From positions 10,664,001 through 10,728,000 of the forward strand of contig NC_043018.1 of the NCBI RefSeq assembly GCF_006345805.1: a stretch of 64,000 nt of DNA, read 5' to 3'. A program made the translations under genes and the position numbers. The notes under the pieces are model-generated. The model had not been told where the DNA came from. It saw only the letters and a program-made list of their open reading frames with translations, and did no database searches. Position 1 is the stretch's first letter. The number at the start of each line of letters is the position of its first letter. This document shows positions 13,456-25,339 of this stretch, in pieces. Origin of the DNA: Octopus sinensis. Its lineage: Eukaryota.

Positions 13456-14333
13456 GCGGGGACACATGTTGGTCGAGATACGATGGCCAACAGAATGGTT
13501 AAGAAAGCAGGTTGCAGGAGAGAGAGAGAAAGAGAGACAGAGAGAGAGGGAATCAAAGAGGGTGGAAGGCAGGGGACAGAATCAGTGACCAAGAGAAAAG
13601 GAGAAAGAAGGGATCAAGGAGGATGGGAGGAAGAGGGGAGTAGGATGGGAGGAAGAGGGGGGAAGAATCGGAGGGCGCCAAAATAGTTTGGTGAAGAAGC
13701 AATGGCGGGTAGGAAAGACAGTGTGTATAGAAGTCGTGCAGGGTTTAAAATTGGACAAACAAACGGGGGGTGCACGTAACGCCGCAATAATATAAGAATG
13801 AATGTTTTTATATATAATGAACGTGAAATACAGGAAGGGACGAACACGGAACACAGACAAATCATTCGAAGCCTTCAATCTTCAGTCAGACATATATGTG
13901 TGTGTATATGTTTGTGTGTCTGTGTTTGTGCCCCTAGCATTGCTTGACAACCGATGCTGGTGTGTTTACGTCCCCGTCACAATGAGACCAATAGAATAAG
14001 TACTGGGCTTACAAAGAATAAGTCCCGGGGTCGATTTGCTCGACTAAAGGCGGTGCTCCAGCATGGCCGCGGTCAAATGGCTGAAACAAGTAAAAGAGTA
14101 AAGAGTAATATAATCGCACTACGTGTATGACTGGTACTTTCGCTTATCGACTCCGGATGGTAGTTAAGAAGAAATCGACTTCGGCTCGCCTTGAACTCAA
14201 AACATTAAGAAATGTAATGTTACGGGATGTCTCTAATGTTGGTAAAAATTAACGAGTTTGAAGAGGAGGAGGAAGGGGGTGTAATCGGTTGAGCTTCTGT
14301 AATCTGGCATTGATGTAGTTCATGACAATCCAC

Positions 14334-14787
14334 CACCACCACCACCACAACCACCACCACTATTACCACCACAACCACCAACAACAACAACACCATTATC
14401 ACCACCACCACCACCGCAACCACCACCACCACCACCACCGCCACAACCAACCCCACCGCCACAACCACCAACTCCAGTCTATTTTCAGTTCCATCTGAAG
14501 TGCAACTTGGTACAGGAGTGACGAGATATATAGTGATGATTATGATGATGGTGGTGGTGGCGGCGGCGGTGGTGGTCGTGGTGGTCGTGGTGGTCGTGGT
14601 AGGACTCTTGTGTAGCGTAGTGAATGTGGCGGTACCGGTGCTGGCTGTGATAGCACTTTTGATAGTGATGCCAGTAGAAATGGTAGCAGCAAGAATGGTA
14701 TATATAGTGGCTGTTGTTGTTGTTGTTGTTGTTATAGTGGCGGCGGCTGTGGTGGTGGTGATGCAGGTGCAGGTGTTGGTGCGAGTG

Positions 14788-14819
<32 letters not shown>

Positions 14820-15325
14820 GTCGGTGGTGGTGGTGGTCCTGGTGGTGGTGTCGGTTATCGTTTCATTAATGGCGTCAAAAATGATTGAGTCTCGACGTCG
14901 AAGTAATTTTATACGATTTCTGTTGAGTTGCTTAAGATGCTGAGTAAACTGTTTCGAAACAGGTATGTGTGTGTGTGTGTGTGTGTGTGTACGTGTGTGT
15001 GTACGTGTGTGTGTGTGCGTGTGTGTGTGTGTAAGTGTGTGTGTGTGAGAGTATATGCGTGTGTGTATAAGTGTGTGTGTGAGTGTGTGTGTGAGAGAGT
15101 ATGTGTGTGTGTGTGTGTGCGTGTGTGTGCGTTTGTGTGTGTGAGTGTGTGTGTGAGAGTGTGTGTGTGTGTGTGTGTGAGTGTGTGTGAGTGTGTGTGT
15201 GAGTGTGTGTGTGTGTGCGCGTGTGTGTGCGTTTGTGTGTGTGAGTGTGTGTGTGAGAGTGTGTGTGAGTGTGTGTGTGAGAGTGTGTGTGTGTACATGT
15301 GCGTGTGTGCGTGCGCGCGCGCGCA
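14334..15325. repeat. (CAC/CAA)n, (GTG/GTT)n trinucleotide and (TG/GA)n dinucleotide low-complexity block
   Basis: Direct inspection. Confidence 0.95.
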
Positions 15326-15472
15326 CTCTTTACTGTGAGGAAACCAGATATTCCTTCACAGAAAGAGAGTTTACGTTACCTCCATCGATGTTCCGCTGAC
15401 GTTTAGCCTTTCCCTTGCAAAACAGTTCAACAGGAATATTTATTTTTTTCATAATGTATAGATATAAATACA

Positions 15473-15508
<36 letters not shown>

Positions 15509-15714
15509 TAATATATATATTATATATATATATATATACATAAATAAAAACAACTAGACTCAACAACACTATCTTAGCTTGTCTTCATCTTTCATAAGGA
15601 TATCATATATATCCGAATACGTTATGTGACGTTCACTCCATGAAGACTTCTGTAACAATATAATATTTTTCTGACGTATATATATATATATTTCTTTTTC
15701 ATGTATTCGTTTTT

Positions 15715-15829
15715 CGAACTGAGGAGAACAGTAAAATGCAACTAATTTAATTATAATTAAATTAACTCATAATTTTTTTTTACCATGTTATTTACATGTA
15801 AATATTACTGTTCGAAACGATCGTATGCA
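15715..15829 (+). ncRNA. Type-I hammerhead ribozyme motif with long stem-II loop; stem I degenerate
   Basis: CTGAGGA-gaacagtaa[AT-rich loop]ttactgttc-GAAAC-gatc-GTA; stem I (cgaa/tgca) pairs poorly. Confidence 0.6.
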
Positions 15830-15984
15830 TGGATTAAATTCTTTTTAAACTTTTAACACCTTTTCTTCTTCGTCTTTAATTGTTTGTTGGGCTTCTATAA
15901 AATGTCTGTTCTATAAATGCTCATAACACACCTTATACACACACACACACATATATAGATAGATAGATTACAAGGGTACTTGTG

Positions 15985-16017
<33 letters not shown>

Positions 16018-16119
16018 CAGAGAAAGAGAGAGGTGTATATATACGTATATACATATATAGATGTCTATATATGTCTATATATGTATATATATGTATATAT
16101 ATATTTATATATATATATA

Positions 16120-17607
16120 AGGGAGGTAGCAGAGCAGATGCTAAAAATTATAGGCCTATCTCTCTGACCTCACACATCAGCAAAGTCATGGAACGAATAG
16201 TCCGTAAGAAACTAATCATGTTCCTTGAAGAAAATGACTTACTGTCTGACACCCAGCATGGATTTCGACCAGGTAGAGGCTGCCTAACACAGCTCCTGCA
16301 ACACTATGACTGGGTGTTGAAACAGCTACTAAATGGCTCAAATGTGGATGTAATATATCTTGACTTTTCAAAAGCCTTTGATAAAGTCGACCATGGTATG
16401 ATCTGTCACAAACTGCGTGGTCTCGGCATAGGCGGGAAACTTGGAGAGTGGCTGCACAACTTCCTAAAAGACAGAAAACAGGCAGTTGAGAGCAATGGAG
16501 CCACCTCCAGGGAAACGCAAATAACAAGCGGTGTCCACAGGGCACTGTCTTGGGGCCACTGATGTTCATAGTGGCCCTTTCAGACATGCCTTCAGTTGCT
16601 ACGATGACCACCCTTGCTAGCTATGCAGATGACACAAAAGTCTCCCACGCAATACAAAACCCTGAAAAATTGCGCATCTGCAACATGAGCTGGACACAAT
16701 ATACAGGTGGGCTGAGGACAACAACATGCAGTTTAATGCAGGTAAGTTCCAGGCCCTGCGCTACTGGCACACAAAGGTAAATGACGTGAAGACTGGATAC
16801 ACTGGCCCAGGAAGAATTGCAATCCCTGAGTCAAAATCAGTGCGTGACCTGGGCATTGACATGAGCAATGATGCATCTTTCCAATGCATATTGCTAATCT
16901 GGTGATAAAATGCAGACGGCTAGCTGGATGGATTCTCCGAACTTTCAGAACAAGAGAGAAGGAGACACTGATGGTCCTATGGAAAACATTTGTCCTCAGC
17001 CGCTTGGACTACTGCTCCCAACTTTGGTCACCACACAATATAAACAAACAGCAGAACTCGAAGCAACTCAGAGAAGCTACACAAAGAAAATCGTCTCAAT
17101 GCAAAATGTCAGCTACTGGGAAAGACTGAAGGTATTAAACCTCTTCTCCCTGGAGCGGAGGCGGGAGAGATATGCAGTGATATACATCTGGAAAATCCTG
17201 GAGGGTCTTGTCCCAAACTTTGGCATTCAAAGTTACTCCAACCGCAGAACGGGGCGCCGCTGCGTGGTGCCAAGGATTCCAACATCACCATCAAAATACA
17301 GGTCCAGATACTGCAACAGCTTGGGTTTCAGAGGACCACAGCTCTTTAACATCCTCCCTAAATGCCTGAGAGACTTACATGGTGTGGATGTGGGTTTCTT
17401 TAAAACTAAACTGGATCTCTTCTTGTTGGGAGTCCCAGATGAACCTACCTCACGACAGGAGACACGGATGCGGGCAGCAGCATCGAACTGCCTTGTTGAT
17501 CAAGTGCGACGTATCAAAGGTGGATTCACAAACTAGTGTAGCTCATTCAGCGGTGGTGCCCCAGCATGGCCGCGGCCTTCGGGCTAAAACATTTTAAGGA
17601 TTTAAGG

Positions 17608-17610
<3 letters not shown>
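16120..17610 (+). mobile_element. 5'-truncated CR1/L2-group LINE with reverse-transcriptase ORF2 remnant, inserted in (TA)n
   Basis: [59 protein letters not shown] and C-terminal motifs across frameshifted ORFs 15987-17536. The tail is aaggatttaaggattt. Confidence 0.95.
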
Positions 17611-17667
<57 letters not shown>

Positions 17668-17870
17668 TAGAGAAAAACCACTATTATGCAATTCAAACAA
17701 TGATAGACATAAACCAAATCTTAAATAAAAAATAAAATATATTTTAAAACATATAACTAGATTACAAAAGTACAAAATGAATAAACAATACATAAGTATA
17801 TATATTATATATATGTATGTATATACATATATATATAAAATATAATATATACATATATATATATATATAC

Positions 17871-17920
<50 letters not shown>

Positions 17921-17957
17921 TATATATAATATAGATTATATATATATATATATATAC

Positions 17958-18001
<44 letters not shown>

Positions 18002-18043
18002 TATAATATATATATATATTACATATATATATATATATTATAT

Positions 18044-18126
18044 TCGGCTGACGAGTACGAGCCATCTGTATTCACTGCATTTTTGTAGCTTATTAAAGAT
18101 GTCCTCGTACGAAACGATCGTACCGA
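18044..18126 (+). ncRNA. Type-I hammerhead ribozyme motif, perfect stems
   Basis: tcgg-CTGACGA-gtacgag[loop]ctcgtac-GAAAC-gatc-GTA-ccga. Confidence 0.87.
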
Positions 18127-18167
18127 GATTTTAATCCATTCTTGTTGCTTTTTTCCTATATATATAT

Positions 18168-18200
<33 letters not shown>

Positions 18201-18265
18201 CTATATATATATATAATATATATATATGCAAATACTCATACATATCGTTTTATGCATTTATAATG

Positions 18266-18296
<31 letters not shown>

Positions 18297-18719
18297 CGTG
18301 TATGTGTATAACACACACACATTCTGACACAGATGTATGCCTTTCATATTTCTATGTCGCTAGATTACATATTAGATATAATTAAACTCTGCGCTTATTT
18401 TCACTTCTATCCTATTCTAACGTCTGGAAATGTATACTGTCTGTAACATAAACATACATACAGTATGTGTGTCTGTTTACATATGTGCGTGCGTGCGTGC
18501 GTATACGTGTGTGTGCGTATATGTCTATGCGTGTGTATGTATGTGTGCGTGTGTGTGTGCGTGTATGCGTGTGTGGGGGAGGGAACAACGGAGTCACCAT
18601 ATATAAAGACGAAATTCAATGGTGAGATACATTGATTACTGACACAGCCATTTATTCAACATCAATGTTTATGTTGTTACAATGTTGTAGATGAGTATAA
18701 TGCAAATCGTTACAATATA

Positions 18720-19113
18720 TCTTTATATATAAAAGTGAGGTTGTGTGCTGTCTGTCTCCTACGATTTAGATTCCTAACTACTCCCACATTTTGCGGTGCA
18801 GTCTAACCAAAACCGGGTATCTTATAGTCGTGATTCATATCGAGCCCTTCTGGGTATTAGCGCGCGTCTACGATAAGTCTACGATTTGAAAAAAAATTTA
18901 CCATCAATTTTTCCCATTTTTAATGCATTTTTGGCATATATAAGGAAAGTAGCTCTCTAAAAATTTATTATTAAATCTCAGAACGTAAAAAGCTACAGTA
19001 ACCCCCCCCTTGTGGTTAGCCATATTGAGATGGCTATTATACTTTACATCTCTAAAAATGCTTATATAGTTATTTCCCTTACAAACCCGAGCAACGCCGG
19101 GCGATACTGCTAG
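18720..19113 (+). mobile_element. Non-autonomous Helitron
   Basis: Starts TC(tttatatataaaa) and ends in hairpin cccgagcaacgccggg + CTAG, inserted between A and T. Confidence 0.8.
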
Positions 19114-19226
19114 TAAAATATATACACCTTCCTCGAGTTGTTTGTGTGTAGACCTCTTTCTGTACAATACTCGTCTCTGGTTCCTTGGCTCATTGTGTAT
19201 GTTAGCAGTTAATAGTTTCATCTCTG

Positions 19227-19655
19227 GGATCTTTTCGGTTTGAACGGCAGTTTTTTCTAGCGGTGTCATATGAAATTGCCACCCATAATTATGACCCTAG
19301 TATCGATCTATTGCATTGCATTTCAATCTGTTTTAGGATTAGGGTAAGGATTAGGGGTGGGGGGAAGGGTATATTTTTTTCTTCACAAATGTAAATAAAC
19401 ACAATCTGTTTCTTAAACGAGGGAATATTCATACGGAACAGAATGTTTTTTTACCTCAATAGACGTCAGTGATTGGTTGAAATTGAAGAAATTGAAGAAA
19501 AAAAACAACAAATATCTTACAAACTATAGAATTTTCTCAATAAAGCCAAGAGAAAAAGATGTTTTATAAACACATTCTACCAGTATACGAAGTTTAAAAG
19601 TGTTTAGTAAACCTAGAAATTATGTTAAAAACTGCCGTTCAAACCGAAAAGATGC
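19227..19655 (+). mobile_element. MITE with GG-starting TIRs and 8-bp TSD (Merlin-like)
   Basis: TIRs ggatcttttcggtttgaacggcagttttt / aaaaactgccgttcaaaccgaaaagatgc. TSD catctctg at 19219-19226 and 19656-19663. Confidence 0.85.
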
Positions 19656-19733
19656 CATCTCTGTGCCTGCTAGCGAGAAAAACAGAAAAGTAACATCGAC
19701 GTCAGCACTAACATGTATCCGAGTAGTTAATCT

Positions 19734-20330
19734 GTAGCGAGTGATTGATCCCTTTTGTCCTGGTAGGTGTAAAGGGAACCAGTCCCTCATGTGAAGGTTC
19801 AGGCAAAGGGTTGTTGGCCAGGGACGAGGAGGAAGTGCGAGCCGCTCTTTGTGTCTTGGACGTTTGATCTCTGTCTCTTGACGTCTGTTATTTTCCGTCT
19901 AGTCTGCTCTCTTGACGATGGCATGCCCGCCAATCTGGGCGGTCTTTGGTGATTGTCACCCAGATATTTGAGTCAATGAAGCAGCGGAGGCGATGGCCTC
20001 AAGCTGATCGTGGAAAAAGAATCTGGAGGCTCATCGTGGTCTTGTGCCCGAGGCCATCTCCACAAAGAGGAGTCGACGGGAGAGGCGCGTTTTAGGCATG
20101 TGTATGATGTGTCACGTCCAACAGAGACCGTCTCGTGCCATGGTAGCTTCAGTGCTGGGCAGTCCGGCCCGGAGCAGAATCTTTCCATTGTAGTCATATG
20201 CAGATAGAGACAGTAAGAAGTCTACCTTCGCGCGTTGATCAACCTACTGCGAAGTGTTGCTCTTTGACCACGAGACCGGTCGATCCAAAGAGAGTTATAT
20301 CGCTCATCGCCGTCTCCCAATATAACGACG
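19734..20330. mobile_element. GC-richer segment resembling a solo LTR or unclassified repeat
   Basis: Abrupt compositional shift starting tgtagcga between two other TEs. No clear 3' CA end or TSD. Confidence 0.3.
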
Positions 20331-20333
20331 ATA

Positions 20334-21132
20334 TTTACCTCTGCCAAGGAGAGAGGTTATATTTTCATTAGAGCTGGTTTGTCCGTCTGTCCGTCTGTGT
20401 GCAAATTAGCTCAAAAAGTTGTGACCGGTATTAGATGAAACTTGCAGGAAAAGTTGGTAATGACACAAGGAACAGATGATGAAATTTTGATAGTGATCCG
20501 GGGATTTTTATGGATTCTTCAAGAATTTTTCATTTGTTATATTTACTTTACATGAAGCATTACAATGTTACGTTCTTTGATTATCTCCCTTGAAAACGTA
20601 TCGTTTCCACGTAACCTATGGTGGCGTTGCTGTTTAGAGACACTGTTGATGATGATGATGGTCGGGATAAGTATGGGAGGAGGATAAAATAGTATCGGTG
20701 GTTATAATGGCGACAGAGGCGGTGTGATGTGTGATGCTGAGGTGATGGTGGTAATAGTGGTGTTGATGATAGTGTTAGTTGTGTGGTGGCGGTGGTATTG
20801 CAGTGGTTATACTGGTTGTAGTGGTGAAAGTGTCTGTCAAGGCAACCGTCATGATGACACTGATGACGGTGTATGTGGTCGAAGTGGAAGCAATGACAAT
20901 GCTGCTGATGATGATGATGTTGGTGGTTGTGAACTGCTTCAGATGATTCCTGTTTTTAAAGGGTTTTTTTTTCTTAAAATCAAATGGCTGTGTTATTATT
21001 TTTTGTACCCCTGCCAAGGAGGTTATGTTTTTGCCTGCTTTGGTTTGGGAAATTGGGCGATTTTCAGCATGCGTGTATATGGGTGGAAATGAGCTGCCTG
21101 GCAGAGGTCTGTTCGTTATGTGACTTATAACT
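20334..21132 (+). mobile_element. Helentron/DINE-1-like non-autonomous element(s)
   Basis: 5' subterminal tttacctctgccaagg (a second copy near 21004), a gtccgtct microsatellite, and a 3' inverted cctggcagagg (21097-21107). Confidence 0.6.
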
Positions 21133-21198
21133 ACATTGGCGAAATCATTGAAGGATAATGTCATTTGACTGGCTATTAATGTGGCCATTTATTATATA

Positions 21199-21551
21199 CT
21201 AGCACTATGTCCCGGCAACGCCGGGTCATAGTGCTAGTGTTGCATATACAGCTGCGTGCGTGCGCACATACACGCGAATTCTGTCCAAATCTCCGACCAA
21301 TCACATACATTCAATTGGCGCATCAAGTTTCGGGCATTTTGATTGGGTTTTGGATAGAAGATTCATAAAAAAGTCACTTCTATTGATTTTTTTAATGGCT
21401 TTGCGGGGTGACTGGGGAAATGTAAAGATGTGCACGACCACCCTTGGACGGTTTTGAATGACCATAGAAAGTGCGAACCCTCTAACTGAAAACTTGTGGA
21501 TTTGTATAAAGGACACACACGCAGACATTTTGCCGTTTACATATAGAGAGA
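21199..21551 (-). mobile_element. Non-autonomous Helitron (minus strand) with extended 3' hairpin
   Basis: Minus-strand start tctctctatatgtaaacggcaaaatg; 3' end cccggcgttgccggg...CTAG. Confidence 0.7.
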
Positions 21552-21882
21552 TTAATTATGTGTTGCTCATCAGTCAGACGTCCAGTGAGCGATGAAATCG
21601 ACTGATAATTGCTCGGGTATTTATACTGTTTCTAACTAAAGCAAGTATATATTGTATATGTGGTAAATACAGTTTTATGGTATTTATAATGTAATGTATA
21701 AATATTTACATGTGTATATATGTTTACAAATATATATGTGTATGTGTGTATACATGTATACATATATATATATACTGTATGTATATGTATATATCTATTG
21801 TATATATATATATATATATACAATTGTTCGTTTGTTTTCCACCTGCCTTCGTCTTTTGTTTATTTTCATAAAGCTTCCCGTT

Positions 21883-21917
<35 letters not shown>

Positions 21918-22905
21918 CATATATATAATATAATATAAACATAAATAATACAGTATATATTTAATGTATATATGGTATGTACATTGTGTGGTGTGTGTGT
22001 ATAGATGGTGTGTATATACATTTCTTCAGAATCTATATACAGGGTATATAGAAAGGATTGTATATGCATTATAATGTATATATTGATACAAATGTTTTAT
22101 ATACGTTCCCCGTCGCCAAAAAAAAGGTCATCCTTCCTTATAAGGCATAAGATTTCTAAAAAGTAAACGAGATTCCGTGGCGGCGCTCGTGCTGCCGTCA
22201 AGGTCGTGTGTACTATCGCAAGTGAAACGGATTGACTTTGACCGGGAATCGAAACCGCGTCGTTGGAGTCGGCTCGAAGCACAATGACATAGTTAGAAAA
22301 CGCTCCCCGGATGTAATTGTTTGAAACTTTAAAAAACACGTAGAGTATCACGTGATCAGGGAGAGATAACCAATGCAAACAAGATGTGGTCGTAAAGACA
22401 CAAACACAACACGGTGTACCTGATTGCCTCGCTTATTTACACACTGCCGTATTGTCTCGTGTGTATTCTAGGATTTACATAAGGAAATTTTACCAAATAT
22501 TTGGTTCTTAGTGACAACTGTATTCACGGTGTAAATATTATCCAGAGATTACATTTCAGCGATACGATACTGATTCTCTCTTGAAACTAAAACACCCCTT
22601 GGCACAACGCTACAATATTTACTTCGACCAGCTCAAGGATACACAAAAAAATAAATCCGAGTTAAGAGGTCATTAGAACGGCATTCGCATCACTCAGTTT
22701 CAACGTCTCCATTCCTAAAATAGTTTCAAACAAAATGCAACGGGAATTATGGATTATAAGTTTTATGTCAGCGTCATTTGCTTTCCCTGCGCTTCCAACA
22801 GTCGCCCGAATTCAGAAAGAAAAAAGACAAAGGGTGTTGCTTTAGCGTGCGATCTACCTGCTCATTTACACTTGTGCACAGTCTACCTCCATTACAAAAA
22901 CTTTA

Positions 22906-23553
22906 GGATCTTTTCCTTTTGAACGGCACAAGTCAAACTAAACACTTTAAAACTTCGTATACTGGTAGAATGTGCCAAAATAAAACATTTTTTTCTCTTG
23001 GCTTTCTTGAGAAAATTGTAATTCGTTTGTTTAACGTAGTTTAATTTTTCGAATTTTAACCAATGAATCGCCTCTAGTTAGCTAAAATCATTTGCTGCGT
23101 CTAAAACTGAGACAACATCCTATCACCCTCACCTTCACCCTAACCCTAACCCTAAATTTTAGCCTTTGTTAATTGTTTAAATTATTTTCCATTGCTTTCG
23201 TTTTTAGCCTTTCGTTTTTTTTTTCTTAATTGTTATCATTAAATTAATTTAACAATTAAGAAAAAAAAACGAAAGGCTAAAATTTAGGGTGAGGGTGAGG
23301 GTTAGGGTTAGGGTTAGTGACCGGATGTTGTCTCAGTTTTAGACGCAGCAAATGATTTTAGCTCAATGAGAGGCAATTGATTGGTTAAAATTCGAAAAAT
23401 TAAACTACGTTAAACAAACGAATTACAATTTTCTCAAGAAAGCCAAGAGAAAAAAATGTTTTATTTTGGCACATTCTACCAGTATACGAAGTTTTAAAGT
23501 GTTTAGTTAACTAGAAATTGTGTTGAAAACTGCCGTTCAAAAGGAAAAGATCC
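22906..23553. mobile_element. Foldback (palindromic) member of the same TIR family with 8-bp TSD and internal TTAGGG-like repeats
   Basis: TIRs ggatcttttccttttgaacggca / tgccgttcaaaaggaaaagatcc; TSD aaacttta on both sides; long inverted arms. Confidence 0.85.
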
Positions 23554-23960
23554 AAACTTTATACTGTAGAATGATAAAAACAAGTTTAATAATGATTTGT
23601 TATTAATGGCAGAAAATCATACGAATCATAATCATCAAATTAGGCCAAATATTACATTAACGGTTATCATTATGATGGAATTCAATATGGCGGTGAGCTA
23701 ACAGAATCGTTTGCTCGCCGGGAGAAATGCTTAGCGGCGTTTCATCCTTCTTCGACCATAAACTTTCTTCTATCATAAACGGTTCTCTACCATAAATGTC
23801 CATCTGTTTTCAACTGTCTTCTAACGTAAACCTTCTTCTGTCAGACTCTATGTGATGTGATGTAGCTGCCAATATATACAACACTTCCTGTCCATATTGA
23901 TATCAGTCTCAAGTTTCGGAGAAACATGGCCGTATATAACCTTTTGTTGATATGTACGTA

Positions 23961-24064
<104 letters not shown>

Positions 24065-24186
24065 TGGAAATATTTGGGTTGGTGTCGAGGTGCGCAGTTG
24101 GCCTACTGGGAATGGGAGGCCCCTCTCTTTTTGTCACAACATCTCTCTAGGAAAGAGAAACTCTAACAGAAAACCTACGACACGGA

Positions 24187-24600
24187 CGGCGAGTTGGCAG
24201 AAACGTTAGCACACCGGGTGAAATGCTTCGTGGTATTTCGTCTGCCGATACGTTCTGAGTTCAAATTCCGCCGAGGTCGACTTTGCCTTTCATCCTTTCA
24301 GGGTCGATTAAATAAGTACCAGTTACGCACTGGGGTCGATTTAATCGACTTAATCCGTTTGTCTGTCCTTGTTTGTCCTCTCTGTGTTTAGCCCCTTGTG
24401 GGTAGTAAAGAAATAGGTATTTCGTCTGTTTTTACATTCTGAGTTCAAATTCCGCCGAGGTCCACTTTGCCTCTCATTCTTTTCGGGGTCGATTAAATAA
24501 GTACCAGTTATGCACTGGGGTCGATTTAATCGACTTAATCCCTTTGTCTGTCCTTGTTTGTCCCCATTATGTTTAACCCCTTGTGGGCAATAAAGAAATA
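24187..24600 (+). mobile_element. SINE family B dimer (full + 5'-truncated) with ~18-bp TSD agaaaacctacg(a/t)cacgg
   Basis: Head ggcgagttggcagaaacgttag, B-box gagttcaaattcc, core gtcgactttgcctttcatcc...aagtaccag, tail gccccttgtggg..ataaagaaata. Confidence 0.9.
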
Positions 24601-24840
24601 AGAAAACCTACGTCACGGACAATATTCGAGGATGTAGATTAGTTCTTCTTTTCGAGTTTATGTCGTCCATTTTCAGAGAATCTGTGCAAATCCTTTCCTC
24701 ACTATAAAAATAATCATCATGATGCAGAGGCATCGCTCGAAAAAATCTATCACAAAAATGGCTGGTCGTAGCCTTCGCATGTGTGGGACTTTCGATCAGG
24801 TGACGGCAATACTCAGACACAAGTTTGCAGCCAGCATATC

Positions 24841-25318
24841 TATGTACGTATGTGTATGTATGTATGTATGTATGTATGTATGTGTATGTATGTATGTATG
24901 TATGTATGTATGTATGTATGTATGTATGTATGTGTGCATGTATGTGTGTATGTGTGTATGTATGTATGTATGTATGTATGTATGTATGTATGTATGCATG
25001 TATGCATGTATGTATGTATGTATGTATGTATGTATGTATGTATGTATGTATGTATGTATGTATGTATGTATGTATGTGTGTATGTATGTGTGTATGTATG
25101 TGTATGTATGTGTATGTATGTGTGTATGTATGTGTGTATGTATGTGTATGTATGTGTATGTATGTATGTATGCATGTATGTATGTATGTATGTATGTATG
25201 TATGTGTGTATGTATGTGTATGTATGTGTGTATGTATGTGTATGTATGTGTGTATGTATGTACGTATGTATGTATGTATGTATGTATGTTGTATGTATGT
25301 ATGTATGTATGTATGTAT
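24841..25318. repeat. (TATG)n microsatellite; similar tract at 27036-27160
   Basis: Direct inspection. Confidence 0.98.
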
Positions 25319-25339
25319 TTTTCTTCTATTTTTTGATTA

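Larger units (their letters stand above)
11340..13890 (-). mobile_element. Penelope-like non-autonomous element with direct repeats, host of the ORF1-only element
   Basis: A ~100-bp direct repeat ataagaatgaatgttttt...cttcagtcagaca occurs at ~11342-11441 and ~13792-13890. A related fragment lies at 9130-9480. Class is inferred from architecture. Confidence 0.5.
11159..14107 (+). mobile_element. SINE family A split into head (11159-11330) and tail (13890-14107) by nested insertions
   Basis: Head and tail match the other family A copies and are collinear. Confidence 0.85.

Noticed and set aside
14220-15326. 368-aa ORF (His/Thr/Val-rich) and the overlapping 147-aa plus-strand ORF
   Set aside because: Built from (CA)n and (CAC/GTG)n repeats that are open in several frames on both strands. 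There is no convincing splice or domain evidence.
23120-23330. Telomere or interstitial telomeric site
   Set aside because: Only a few TTAGGG-like units, internal to a TIR element and present in its other family members.
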